From contig CAZOMT010000007.1 in assembly GCA_964581255.1 (NCBI GenBank), forward strand, positions 1-29,803: a stretch of 29,803 bases of DNA, read 5' to 3'. Shown in pieces: positions 1-9,742 of this stretch. The notes beneath the pieces were generated by a model that was given only the letters and a program-made list of their open reading frames with translations, was not told the origin of the DNA and did no database searches. This DNA is from an uncultured Thermodesulfatator sp. GTDB lineage: Bacteria; Desulfobacterota; Dissulfuribacteria; Dissulfuribacterales; QOAL01. Position 1 is the first letter of the stretch. Every line of letters starts with the position of its first letter. The position numbers and the translations under genes are program-made.

Positions 1-960
1 GGTGCGGTGTTTGACGAGGCACAGCACGTCCCACCGCTCTTTTCCTATCTTCAGGGCAATGTGGACAAAGATCCAGTCCCAGGGCGTTTCATCATTACGG
101 GTTCGCAGCACTTTGGCCTCACAGAGCATATATCTCAAAGCCTTGCAGGACGTGCGGCGATCCTTGAGCTTCTTCCCTTCAGTGCGAGCGAGCTTGAAAC
201 AGGCGGCTGGCTTTCCCAGGAACTGGAACAGGCCCTATGGAAAGGCGCTTATCCTCCTGTGTTCGACCGTGGTCTCAGGCCTGATAAATGGTACGCCAAT
301 TACCTTGCTACATACATCCAGCGGGATGTAAGGCAGATCTCCCAGGTTCACAACCTTGAGGTCTTCACCCGTTTCATGAGGCTTTGTGCAGGCAGTGTCG
401 GCCAGTTGTTCAACTCAAGCCGTCTTGCAACAGAGTGCGGGGTGGATCACAAGACCATACGAAACTGGCTTGGGGTCTTGCAGGCAAGCTATGTGGTGTC
501 CCTGCTTCCGCCCTATTATCGCAACTTCCGAAAGCGGATAATAAAGACCCCAAAGCTGTACTTCTATGACACAGGTCTTGCCTGCCATCTCCTTGGCATC
601 CAGCAGCCGGAACACCTGTCTCTTCATCCGTTAAAAGGAGCGTTGTTCGAGAACTGGGTCTATGCAGAGCTTGTAAAAAGCCAGGTGAACATGGGCCGCC
701 AGCCGAATATCTTCTTCTGGCGAACCCACGGCGGCCAGGAGGTGGACTTCATATTGGAGCAAGGAGGCAGTATCCACTGCATTGAGGTAAAATCAGGCAT
801 GACAGTGACCCCATCCATGCTGAGATCTCTACGCAATACCCTAAAGTTGTGGCCAGAGGGTAATGCCCAAGGCTGGGTGGTCTATGGCGGCGATACCCCG
901 TTTAAACTGCATGGGTGCCTTCTCGTTCCCTGGCGTCGGATAGGTAATTACCTGCATTAA
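1..960 (+). CDS. AAA-family ATPase with DUF4143-type C-terminal domain (5' end outside window)
   Basis: Frame 1 is open from nt 1 (GAVFDEAQHVPPLF...) to TAA at 958-960. It has an FDEAQ Walker-B-like box, then KTPKLYFYDTG, GALFENWVYAEL and EVDFILE...IEVKSG motifs. By eye these fit the widespread AAA_14 + DUF4143 'ATP-binding protein' family. It is clearly paralogous to minus-strand ORF 1104-1745. Confidence 0.8.
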   Translation, partial: GAVFDEAQHVPPLFSYLQGNVDKDPVPGRFIITGSQHFGLTEHISQSLAGRAAILELLPFSASELETGGWLSQELEQALWKGAYPPVFDRGLRPDKWYANYLATYIQRDVRQISQVHNLEVFTRFMRLCAGSVGQLFNSSRLATECGVDHKTIRNWLGVLQASYVVSLLPPYYRNFRKRIIKTPKLYFYDTGLACHLLGIQQPEHLSLHPLKGALFENWVYAELVKSQVNMGRQPNIFFWRTHGGQEVDFILEQGGSIHCIEVKSGMTVTPSMLRSLRNTLKLWPEGNAQGWVVYGGDTPFKLHGCLLVPWRRIGNYLH

Positions 961-1103
961 CCCCCTCAATCATACACGAACCCAAAAGATTGTTACTCAC
1001 CGCTCGTTTGAGACGCAGAGAACGCAGAGAAGAGATCCTTTCCGGACATGATTAGTGCTTATGTCGGTGGAATTTCTCTATGCCGAGCAAAAGTCAAGTA
1101 AAT

Positions 1104-2340
1104 TCATACAGCGTGTGTAGTGGCCCAGTGGGGCCTGAAGAGGATATGGGCCTCTGAAATGGTTTGATCTGCACAATATTCACCAGACGACATGATCCCT
1201 GTTCCTGGTCTGTATTTGTCCAGGAAGCTGCGGAACGATCTGGTAATACTGCTGGATGTAATCTTTGATTTCACCTCTATTGGAACCACCTGCCCCTGTC
1301 TCTCAACAATAAAATCCACCTCTGCCTTGGATTTGGTGCGCCAGAAGCGGAGGGGAACATCCTTTTTTAGAAGCTCTGAGGCAATGAAGTTTTCATGCAG
1401 CGCACCCGTATCGCCTCGCGCGTCAAGGCCTCTGAAATTCTGTATGCTCATATTGCGGAACCCGTTGTCTATAAAATAGAATTTCGGGGTTTTTGTAAGT
1501 TCCACCCTCTTGTTGGTGTGAAAGGGCAGGCATGGGGCCACGACAAATGTCTTGATTAAAATATCCAGGGCGCTGCGCAATGCCCTGTATTTCAGGCCTG
1601 TCAGACCTGAAAGTTCATTGTAGTTGCACGTGCTGCCTGTCTGCAGGGCCAGGGCAGTAATCAGTTTTTTCAGCTCAAGGTCTTGTTTGTACCCAAGAAT
1701 CTGCCTGATCTCCTTTAGGAGATAGGTGTGAAAGATATTTTTCAAGACCAGTTCCCTCTCCTCATCACTTTTGGCAAGGGCAACCCTGGGGTAACCTCCA
1801 AAGACAGCATATCGGTTATAAAAGCTGTTTATCCGTCTGATGATTTCCTGGCTTGGGCATTCGGGGCTTTTGAGGAATCTGACCAGGCTGGGCTGGACGA
1901 ACCTCAGAAATTCTGCAAAGGACAGTGGATAGAGAGTAAAGACAAAAATCCTGCCAACAAGATATTGGATGCTCTGGATGGAAAGTTCTGTAGCTGAGGA
2001 ACCAGTGATAAATATCTTTATTGGATAGTTGTCATAGATGTATTTTAAGTTTCTGCCGCCAGCCTCTGCATACTGAAACTCGTCAATAAAAAGATACTTC
2101 TTTCCTTCAACATAAAGATCGCAAAATCCCTTGATGTCATTGGTAAAAAGGGCGAGTTCATCCCGGTCTTCAAAGTCTATTACTGAAACCTCTTTATCCT
2201 TAGTTTCCTTTACTATGTGCTAGAGAAGGGTGATTTTACCCGACTGCCTTTACTACTGCAATGATTTCTGGCCTATCAAGACAGGCTGAATTTTTTCCTT
2301 CAAGGTCTCTTTATATACCGCTCAAAGTTCTGCATAAATT
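1104..2340 (-). pseudogene. Decayed AAA/DUF4143-type ATPase gene with a disrupted N-terminal P-loop region
   Basis: ORF 1104-1745 encodes the DUF4143-type C-terminus (KTPKFYFIDNG, GALHENFIASEL, EVDFIVE...IEVKSK). Its frame continues upstream with no ATG/GTG/TTG through ...KKYLFIDEFQ (Walker B). It then reaches a recognisable but broken Walker A: ...PVLIGQKSLQ**RQSGKITLL*HIVKE. My manual translation finds in-frame stops at 2220-2222, 2250-2255 and 2322-2324. Confidence 0.7.
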
Positions 2341-2417
2341 ACCCTGCCAAAATTGCAATTACAAAAATTTTAAATTTTAACAGAGTTATGATGACTCAAC
2401 TCAAAATGCAATAAAGG

Positions 2418-4712
2418 TCAGGAGAAATCTTTCTGCCAGCACTTCTCCCAGTGTTCCTGTGCTTCGATGGAAGTTGCAGGAAAACCATGATATAGCCTCA
2501 AACCAGTGATTGTCTCTGGATCGTCATGGTTAAAAAAGACAGGGGCCTTATTTGGAAAGTATGAAGCTGTAAAAGGATTATGTGCTTTTGGACCAATGCC
2601 AATAAGAAGTGCTGATTGCGGCACAGCTTCTGTGGATTCGTTGATTTTTAATAAAGGATGCGAGGCTAATTCAAGACGTTGAGCCATTGACCTTTGTTTT
2701 TTGAGAAATGAGATGGCCTTTGTTGCATTCCATTCTCGTATCCATCCAAACTTTGATTTAGCATAGTCTTGAATTCCATCAAAAAACAATTTTCTTCTGG
2801 CTCCAGGGCTGTAAAATTGGGAAATACCGGTGGACAAACTTTTATCTTCTGAAAGATCTTCTAAAAATTCTTCAAAATATTCAGTTAGTTTAGGCTTGCT
2901 GAATTTATGGTAGTAGAGCTTTTTAATGTCATCTTGATCTTCTACTATATGTATTTCAAATGGAGTGACACTAGGATATATCTTGTCAATCTGTTCCTGA
3001 ATCCAGTGTCTTGTCTCTTCAAGTTTTGAGATAAAGGCCTTTATTTCCTCTTCAAGGGGGTTAATAAGTTCCCGCAATTTTTTAGCTACAAACAGTGCGA
3101 AGAAAAATGGAAAGAGCCTTTGGTATCCTTCAAAGACCTCGACACAAATTAACTCCATATATTCCTTAAGCTGTTGGAGTTCTTTTTGTAGAGCTCGTTT
3201 CTTGGAGAACAAGGACCAAGATCTAGGATCATATCTGTGCCATCCAAGTTCAGAGATTTTCTGGTCAAGATCCTGAATTTTTTTAAGGACAGATCGTGCC
3301 TGATCCATAACCCTCTCAAGGGTTGTAATAAGTTGTGCTTCAAAGAGACCTACTATGTCCTGGAAGCCACCTGAAGTAAAAGGATGGGTATAAGGTTCTG
3401 CCAACGCTTCCACAATAAAAGACACCTTGTGTTGGAGCGCTCTGATGAATTCTTTATCTGCTCCAAGCAGCTTATCCATATCTGGTTGTTGGAGAAGACA
3501 CTCAACCTCGTTTTGAAGGGCCTCCCAGGACGAAAGTTCCGGTAAGGGGAGTTGATATGCCTTATAAAATTTTCTTAGCATCTCTGATGCTTCATGAAGG
3601 AGGCGCTTTAGGATAGGAGATGCAGTCTGTCCCTGCCATCCAAAAAGAAAACTCTCTATTGAAACTGGATATGGTGCTTCAGATTCTTCCAGTGGTTCTT
3701 TTTGTAGAAATTCAAGGTACGGACCACCTACCCCCAATACAAGTCCAATAAAACCCCAAGCTGAGTAAGGGGCATGAGGGGCCTGGTCAAGGATCTCCTC
3801 AAGTTCTTTCTTGACATCTTTATATAAGGCTTCTGCAAGAGGTAATATTTTTCTATAGCATTTGATCTTTTTTTGTTCGATTAATAGCCTCAACTTAGCG
3901 AGGAATTTTTCTATAGAGTTTTCCTCTTCTATGGCAAGATTCGCTGGCAAGATATTCTGCCTGGATAACATGACCGGCTCGGCTATCAAGCTGGCTAGAT
4001 CAGTGAGCCGTTTCTTGAACAGTGAATGAACCTGTGATATCTGTATCTTGGTTGCGTCCGAAACAGCTTCAAGTGGAGATAGGGCCTTTATGTTTAAAAG
4101 GTCACGGGCCAACATTAGCCCCAGACTATCTTGCCATTTAGTCGCAGGAAAGCACAATTTTCCTATGCCCACTGATCCATATAAAAATTCCCTTCCTCTT
4201 GTAAGCTTTAGTTTGATTTCTTCATTAAAGGACCGGTACAGATCCGTGGACAGATATATGTCTATGACCTCTTTGAGCCGTTCAAAAGGCATGCGGTCGC
4301 TATCAAGGAGCCAAATAAGGTTAGGGGATTCTTTTGAATCAAGACCGTTAAGCTCGATGAAGAACTGGTAACACTTAGCCTTGGTTCTCTGATCGGCCTC
4401 TATGGAAGGCAACAAGATGAATGCCTCCAGCTCAACAGGGATAACAAGAATGCTTTTATGAATATCAATAAGGGTCTCAATAAACGTCCTAAGCGTTATA
4501 TCTGTATCTTCATAGGCAGCAGCAGTAAATATATATCTTATCGCGCTGACTTTTTTTGCCTTACATTCCTTGTAAATAGGGAACAATTTGGTTTGTAGCC
4601 ATTCTTTAAATTCTCCGGGGTTTATATGGCGAGCCGTAATATTATGTGAAGAAACAGGAGCAATATTTGCTCCTGTTTCTCCAAGTCCTATGAAGACTAG
4701 GCTTTCTTTCAT
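2418..4712 (-). CDS. Large tubulin/FtsZ-like paralogue with degenerate GTP-binding motifs (function unknown)
   Basis: The long minus-strand ORF has stop at 2418. Possible starts are GTG 4745, ATG 4739 or ATG 4712; 4712 lies 10 nt after the upstream stop with AGG 8 nt upstream. N-terminus VFIGLGETGANI (4662-4697) resembles a T1 loop. TFIETLIDIHKSI...AFILLPS aligns by eye with SFIDAAFLFHKAL...GFLILPS of the adjacent 950-aa protein. The GGTGSG signature is replaced by YEDTDITLR. The middle region is long and helix-rich. Confidence 0.6.
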   Translation of the reverse strand: MKESLVFIGLGETGANIAPVSSHNITARHINPGEFKEWLQTKLFPIYKECKAKKVSAIRYIFTAAAYEDTDITLRTFIETLIDIHKSILVIPVELEAFILLPSIEADQRTKAKCYQFFIELNGLDSKESPNLIWLLDSDRMPFERLKEVIDIYLSTDLYRSFNEEIKLKLTRGREFLYGSVGIGKLCFPATKWQDSLGLMLARDLLNIKALSPLEAVSDATKIQISQVHSLFKKRLTDLASLIAEPVMLSRQNILPANLAIEEENSIEKFLAKLRLLIEQKKIKCYRKILPLAEALYKDVKKELEEILDQAPHAPYSAWGFIGLVLGVGGPYLEFLQKEPLEESEAPYPVSIESFLFGWQGQTASPILKRLLHEASEMLRKFYKAYQLPLPELSSWEALQNEVECLLQQPDMDKLLGADKEFIRALQHKVSFIVEALAEPYTHPFTSGGFQDIVGLFEAQLITTLERVMDQARSVLKKIQDLDQKISELGWHRYDPRSWSLFSKKRALQKELQQLKEYMELICVEVFEGYQRLFPFFFALFVAKKLRELINPLEEEIKAFISKLEETRHWIQEQIDKIYPSVTPFEIHIVEDQDDIKKLYYHKFSKPKLTEYFEEFLEDLSEDKSLSTGISQFYSPGARRKLFFDGIQDYAKSKFGWIREWNATKAISFLKKQRSMAQRLELASHPLLKINESTEAVPQSALLIGIGPKAHNPFTASYFPNKAPVFFNHDDPETITGLRLYHGFPATSIEAQEHWEKCWQKDFS

Positions 4713-4722
4713 TATCCATGCC

Positions 4723-7575
4723 TTATGCAATGAGTTCATTTGCACTGGATCCGTTCTTCACCCAAGAATCAAGAAATGTCAATTGCTTGTGCAATAGGAT
4801 CTTGTCTCCAAGGTTAATGGAACGGTCCTCTTCGTTAAAAGTCTTTTTTACATCCTCAAGATAGGCGCGCATTACCTTGCTGACCCTTTCAGGTGAAGTC
4901 TCTATCTTTTCCTTTAGAATCGAAAGAAGTGCGTCAACAAGTTCTTGCCTGTGCGGTTTTTTGAGTTCTTCAAACACTCTCCAGGCAGGATAACCAAGTT
5001 CAAGCCCTTCCTCATCAGCCTTCAGACAGCGCGAATCGTCGATGACGTAACGGCCATAGAACTTTTCCTCTTTTATAAGGCCTAGTGCCATGGAAAGCAT
5101 GTAGATACGAAAGGCCTGTTTGTAAGAAGTATCTTCCGGAAACAGGTCAGGCATTTTGAATTCCAGGTCCTCTGCAATGTGTGGTGTGTTCTCAATAGGC
5201 GCCTCAAGATACATCAGCCGGTATCTTTCCATATCTGCCAGTAGGTAAACTGCAAGGGGTGCCTTGTATTTAAAGAAAAAGATCTTGTGTGGATCAGATG
5301 TAGACATAATGGTAGGAGGATACTGGGCATCTGGAAAGAGGATGTTATTCAAGGTGGTCTTATGCTCGCTATTGACACCAATAATAAAGATCTCTTCCAT
5401 GGTGGCTGCCTGGTCTACACTGGCATTGTGACGCCAGAAGGGAACTGCCCGGCGGGAGGCCTCTCTCAACCAGTATTCCAGGCCCTCCTTACGCAAAGAA
5501 AGTAATGTCTCTATATCAATATTCTTTATGGGGCCTACCATTTTATGGGTATAGGACATGATCTTTTTCCACAGGTCCTTCCAGTTAATATCTTCAATAT
5601 CTCCCATGGTCATCTTGTTTTCTTTCAGAAACTCCTTTGGATCTGGAGGCTTAATGTTAAGTTTGCTAAAGTCAGAAGGTAGCTCTATCAGTTCCTTGGT
5701 CTGTGACAGTTTGATCCTGCCATCTTGTCCTGTTGTTTTAATAAAGATATCATGAGGGAACAGGATGAGTGAGAAATGTCCATATTCATCAAGGACTCTG
5801 GTAGTGCCAAAGTAGTCCTGTTCTATTTTCTCCCTAACACGAGAAAGCTTCATTTCCATGACACCAAGGCCAAGGCCTTCTATGTAGTTTTTCATGCTTT
5901 GAATGATCTTGTTGAGGACTTCAATGGCCTGCCTGTGCCGCTCAATATCAAGCTCAAGCTTGAATACCTCCCCCATCTCATCCAGATAACTCTGGAAGAT
6001 CTTCCCCTGTTTTCTTAGTATCCGGAATCCCAGGCCAACTTTGGTTACGTTGTTATCATAAAAGTCTTTTGCCATTTCCTGGTTTTTGCCAAGTTTTTTT
6101 TCTAGACTCTTAATCTCTTCAAGGAATTCATCTTTGAACAGGCCTAAGCGGGCAGCAATCTTCTCTGCGGACTTGCGTGTATAGATGAACCCCTTGCTCT
6201 CCTCCCTGTCCTTGAGAAACGATTTAACAACTTCCAGTGCATTTTCTTCCTTTTGTATACGGTTTTGCCCTGTAACTTCCCTTAAGGAATCGCGCCTGCG
6301 GACCCCTGAGTCCACCTCCAGGTTCAGCTCCGAAGAAGAACCAAGGCCATCAGCCGAGAGACGAAAGAGCAGGTTTTGATATGTCAAGATGTCATCCAGT
6401 ATCTGCTCCTTATTCAGTCTGGCTTCTGTAAGGAATTTTTGGATAGCTTCTTCCACCTCCTTGTCCTGACCATTTCCGTTATCCCCTTTAATTAATCCGT
6501 TTAGTCCATCAATAAGGGTATAGGCATAGTAGGTAGAGATTTGATTGAAGTGCTTCTCTATGGGATAAATAATGGAAGATATCCCTAAGGTAGAATAACA
6601 AGAATTTTTCTTATTCCATCTTGGAGAGTTGGCAACGATACCTGCCAGGTTGTCAAATGCTGATTCGCTTCTCTGGCCAATATTCCCGAGATTAAGGGCT
6701 ATCCCCTCACCAACAATGCGGCAGAGTGTCAGAACACCACTTGATGTGCCCTTGCCCGGAATGATATTTCCGTTTTCCTGTACTGCGTCGACAAGGCTTA
6801 TGAGATCATAAGGTGGCCGCCTTGGGGAAAATTCCGAGCTTCCAAACACGAAAGTTGGTGCTTGGCGTAAGGAATTAATGTCCATGTAATAATCGAGTTC
6901 TTTTAATGCAGCATATCCGTTCATCTGCACCCTTGGGGTTATTGGCAATCCTTCAAAAACAGAAGGAAGAATCAAAAAGCCTATCACTCTGTGCTCGACG
7001 TTTTCCAGTGCCTTATGAAACAGGAATGCTGCATCAATGAAGGAGCCGCTTCCAGTCCCTCCTGCCAGAGAGGCAATAATGTAGACATCAACTGAGTTAT
7101 CTATCAGTTTAAAGCCCTGTTCTTGATACATATTATGAGCCAGGTTTCCAGCCATGACCTGACTAACTACCTGGGTTATGATCCCCTCGACCTTGTGTGC
7201 ATAGGCATGAAATGCAAGCCGGCCCCTGGCCCTGTAACCGCCAGCTCCGTGAAGAATTGCGTTGACAGGAATGCCCTTAGGCCACCACTGCTTTATGGCA
7301 GGGGAGGTCTGTATGACGTTAAGTGGGTTCTCCACATTGAGATAGTGGAATTCATCCTCTCTTATTCCCACAACCGTTGTCCGCTCTCCTTTTATATTCA
7401 CCCTTAGTGGGCTTGGCCGGTTACTGTCTGTATCCATGGCGAGGAATTTGATGCTGTATGGTATCTTTTCATAGAATTGGATCAGTGCTCGCTTTATAAA
7501 TTGAACCACCTGAATACCTGACCCCCCTATGCCGACAACGACACTTCTCCTTATTCTTGCAATGCCCTCGTTCAT
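4723..7575 (-). CDS. Tubulin/FtsZ-superfamily GTPase, large 'tubulin-like' (Tubulin_2-type) protein
   Basis: ATG at 7575 is preceded by AAAGGGAG. T1-type loop VVVGIGGSGIQV lies at ~7516-7533. Tubulin signature ASLAGGTGSGS lies at ~7042-7066. There is also a GAGGYRARGRLAF motif. About 650 aa of helical/coiled C-terminal extension follows the GTPase core. Confidence 0.8.
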   Translation of the reverse strand: MNEGIARIRRSVVVGIGGSGIQVVQFIKRALIQFYEKIPYSIKFLAMDTDSNRPSPLRVNIKGERTTVVGIREDEFHYLNVENPLNVIQTSPAIKQWWPKGIPVNAILHGAGGYRARGRLAFHAYAHKVEGIITQVVSQVMAGNLAHNMYQEQGFKLIDNSVDVYIIASLAGGTGSGSFIDAAFLFHKALENVEHRVIGFLILPSVFEGLPITPRVQMNGYAALKELDYYMDINSLRQAPTFVFGSSEFSPRRPPYDLISLVDAVQENGNIIPGKGTSSGVLTLCRIVGEGIALNLGNIGQRSESAFDNLAGIVANSPRWNKKNSCYSTLGISSIIYPIEKHFNQISTYYAYTLIDGLNGLIKGDNGNGQDKEVEEAIQKFLTEARLNKEQILDDILTYQNLLFRLSADGLGSSSELNLEVDSGVRRRDSLREVTGQNRIQKEENALEVVKSFLKDREESKGFIYTRKSAEKIAARLGLFKDEFLEEIKSLEKKLGKNQEMAKDFYDNNVTKVGLGFRILRKQGKIFQSYLDEMGEVFKLELDIERHRQAIEVLNKIIQSMKNYIEGLGLGVMEMKLSRVREKIEQDYFGTTRVLDEYGHFSLILFPHDIFIKTTGQDGRIKLSQTKELIELPSDFSKLNIKPPDPKEFLKENKMTMGDIEDINWKDLWKKIMSYTHKMVGPIKNIDIETLLSLRKEGLEYWLREASRRAVPFWRHNASVDQAATMEEIFIIGVNSEHKTTLNNILFPDAQYPPTIMSTSDPHKIFFFKYKAPLAVYLLADMERYRLMYLEAPIENTPHIAEDLEFKMPDLFPEDTSYKQAFRIYMLSMALGLIKEEKFYGRYVIDDSRCLKADEEGLELGYPAWRVFEELKKPHRQELVDALLSILKEKIETSPERVSKVMRAYLEDVKKTFNEEDRSINLGDKILLHKQLTFLDSWVKNGSSANELIA

Positions 7576-7607
7576 AATGATACTCCCTTTCTCTATCTCC
7601 CCTTTGA

Positions 7608-9725
7608 TCAGTGAAGCCTTCTCCCTTTTGATCTAGGTGGCCTTTTACGTGAGACGATCCTGACGACATAGTCTCTCCCATTATCTTTAAATATCAGGAA
7701 GTCGCCTCCATAGAGGTTTTCCATGACCACTGGTTTTGTATCCCCCTGCCTCTCAATAAATATGTTTCCTTTTTCTGCCCTTATCCTTAGCCCCCTGCCC
7801 CAAGTAGCAGAAAGGGTAAAGGCAGTTTCCTCAAGCTCGGTGAAGGCATCTCTCCTATTGCCACATCTCAAGCTGTCGCCAGACAAGGATTTCTTGACCT
7901 TTTTATGGCATGACATGAGGATGTCTGGTCTACCCATTGGTTTTTCCACAATAAGCTTTCCTGATAATCTGGGCCTTAACACATATGCAAGTGAAAGGAG
8001 GAGTACCACTCCAAGAAGCGCAAAGATGCCCCATACCCATACGGCCCATTTAAGATCAAAAAGACAAAAAGGAGATTCTATCCTCACCCTTTTACCATTT
8101 GCAAGACGCCCTGCAATGACTACTTGGGCAACATACCTGCCCCGTTCCAGGTCAGCCCTTTGTACGTAGTACAGGATCTTCCCATCTACTTTTTTGTGTT
8201 TCAACTCCATTATTGGCAGATGTGTGTTGCCCTGTTTCTTTACCTTATCAAGGTACAGGAAGATTCTTGGAAGCTCCGAGAACCGTGGGTAGTTTCGATG
8301 ATGGGTATCAAACTCGACCACAAAGCTAACGCCCTTCCACAAGATGGGCCACATTACTTGCGTCCCTTCTGGGAGTTTGAATGTGAAGAAGGCCTCCTTG
8401 ATCCTGACCGGCAACACAGGGCTTTTTCTAAGGAAAAAGCCTTTATCATCCCTGGCCTTAATTTGAAGTAGATAGTCTCCCTTTGTGGGCGTTTCCCCTT
8501 TTATGTTTAGCTGAGTAAGGTAGGTACCCTTTCTGGTTCTTTTAAGGCAAAGGGCATTGTCGCTGCTCTGAAAGTCCTTCTTACGGTCAAACCTTAGGGT
8601 CATCTTGCAGGGTCTTTCTGAGATGGCCCCTGTTCGCTCGTCATAGAGCCAGGCCATGACCGTTTTTTTCTCTCTGTCCCAGTATTCCCTGTTTACCAGA
8701 TAACGAAGGTGGACCTGATTTCTTATTAGGGTCGCTACCCTGGGAAAGTCTCCATTGGCCAGGATTACTTCCCATCCCCCGGCAGAGGGCTCCTGTATAA
8801 TAATCAGGTCATAGAATTCTCCTGAACGCCACTGAATATTTGGATTGGATAGGGCATGGTTAAAGTCTATCTCTTTTCCACTAAAGTCTTTCACGCGGAT
8901 GTCTCTGGTAGTACAGAGCGTGTGGCCAGGGATTCTCTTTAGCACCAGAAAGACAAGGCGGTTAGTGCTATCATCTGTCCAGAATACCTTTTGTCCCTTT
9001 AGTTCCTCATATCCCTTTGTGATTCGTAAAACATCCACACAGGTTTCAATCAGCTCTTCCACAGATCTTACAGGAAAGAATCTTCCGCCGCTGGAATCAG
9101 CCATTCGGTTCAAAAGGCCCAAGCCATTTATGCCAGGGAGGAAATCCCTGTTTATCTCTGTATCTCCAAGGCCGATGGTATAAAAGGGTATGATGTCGGC
9201 AAGAGCTTGCCAGTCCTGGATTAACCTTTGGTATGAAGACCTGACATCTCCCCTTGGCTCAAGCTTGCCGTCACTTATTAAAATGACTGCTGGTTTTGCC
9301 TTGCCGGTTCCTCGAAAGAGAGATGCTGTTTCTTGCCTAAGCAGGGTTATTGCTTTTGATATGTCTGTGTGGCGGCCTCTAAAAGAGAAGCCTGACTCAA
9401 GGGCCATCTTAAGGCGGTTTCGTTCGTTCTCGCCTGCTATTGTTTCAGTAGCAATGATCCTTGCATCTGTATCAAAGGTGATAAGGGAAATCCTGTCTCC
9501 TATCTCTGCAAGCTCTATAAATGCCTTAATAGCCTCTTTAGCAAATGTTCTTGATTCTCCCCTGGGGATGCTGCCAGAATTGTCCAGCAAGAATACATAG
9601 TCTACAGGAAGCCTTACCTCCTCTGGCACAGGAGGTGGATGAATGCTTGGAGCCGACTGGCTCCCTTTACAACCAGCGATAATAACTAACAAAATAATAG
9701 GTAGGAATCGGCTTATCTTCCCCAT
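7608..9725 (-). CDS. vWA-domain lipoprotein with a C-terminal transmembrane helix and short cytoplasmic tail
   Basis: The N-terminus MGKISRFLPIILLVIIAGCKGS is a signal peptide with lipobox IAGC. MIDAS motif VFLLDNSGS lies at 9570-9596, and VILISDG follows later. TM helix WAVWVWGIFALLGVVLLLSLAYVL lies at ~7975-8046. It is followed by a ~105-aa basic tail. Confidence 0.75.
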   Translation of the reverse strand: MGKISRFLPIILLVIIAGCKGSQSAPSIHPPPVPEEVRLPVDYVFLLDNSGSIPRGESRTFAKEAIKAFIELAEIGDRISLITFDTDARIIATETIAGENERNRLKMALESGFSFRGRHTDISKAITLLRQETASLFRGTGKAKPAVILISDGKLEPRGDVRSSYQRLIQDWQALADIIPFYTIGLGDTEINRDFLPGINGLGLLNRMADSSGGRFFPVRSVEELIETCVDVLRITKGYEELKGQKVFWTDDSTNRLVFLVLKRIPGHTLCTTRDIRVKDFSGKEIDFNHALSNPNIQWRSGEFYDLIIIQEPSAGGWEVILANGDFPRVATLIRNQVHLRYLVNREYWDREKKTVMAWLYDERTGAISERPCKMTLRFDRKKDFQSSDNALCLKRTRKGTYLTQLNIKGETPTKGDYLLQIKARDDKGFFLRKSPVLPVRIKEAFFTFKLPEGTQVMWPILWKGVSFVVEFDTHHRNYPRFSELPRIFLYLDKVKKQGNTHLPIMELKHKKVDGKILYYVQRADLERGRYVAQVVIAGRLANGKRVRIESPFCLFDLKWAVWVWGIFALLGVVLLLSLAYVLRPRLSGKLIVEKPMGRPDILMSCHKKVKKSLSGDSLRCGNRRDAFTELEETAFTLSATWGRGLRIRAEKGNIFIERQGDTKPVVMENLYGGDFLIFKDNGRDYVVRIVSRKRPPRSKGRRLH

Positions 9726-9742
9726 TATAGGTACTCAGTTCC

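Noticed and set aside
1013-1030. Tandem ACGCAGAGA x2 in the convergent intergenic region
   Set aside because: There are only two 9-nt copies, with no further periodicity or pairing partner. This is too little to call a repeat element or regulatory site.
1044-1072. Imperfect hairpin (CCGGACAT...ATGTCGG) as a bidirectional terminator between the two DUF4143-type genes
   Set aside because: The stem is 7 bp with a bulge, the loop is 11 nt and no U-tract follows. This is not convincing as an intrinsic terminator.
7608-7975. Possible FHA-like fold in the cytoplasmic tail of the vWA lipoprotein
   Set aside because: The tail is beta-rich and follows the TM helix, but it lacks the G-R ... S-x-x-H ... 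N-G signature that is obvious in the neighbouring 117-aa FHA protein. I cannot support the call from sequence alone.
7723-9600. Series of plus-strand ORFs (7723-8169, 8124-8471, 8845-9183, 9190-9600)
   Set aside because: All are antisense to the vWA lipoprotein gene. They are Ser/Leu/Pro-rich and mutually overlapping, with no motifs. The minus-strand gene has a signal peptide, MIDAS motif and TM helix.
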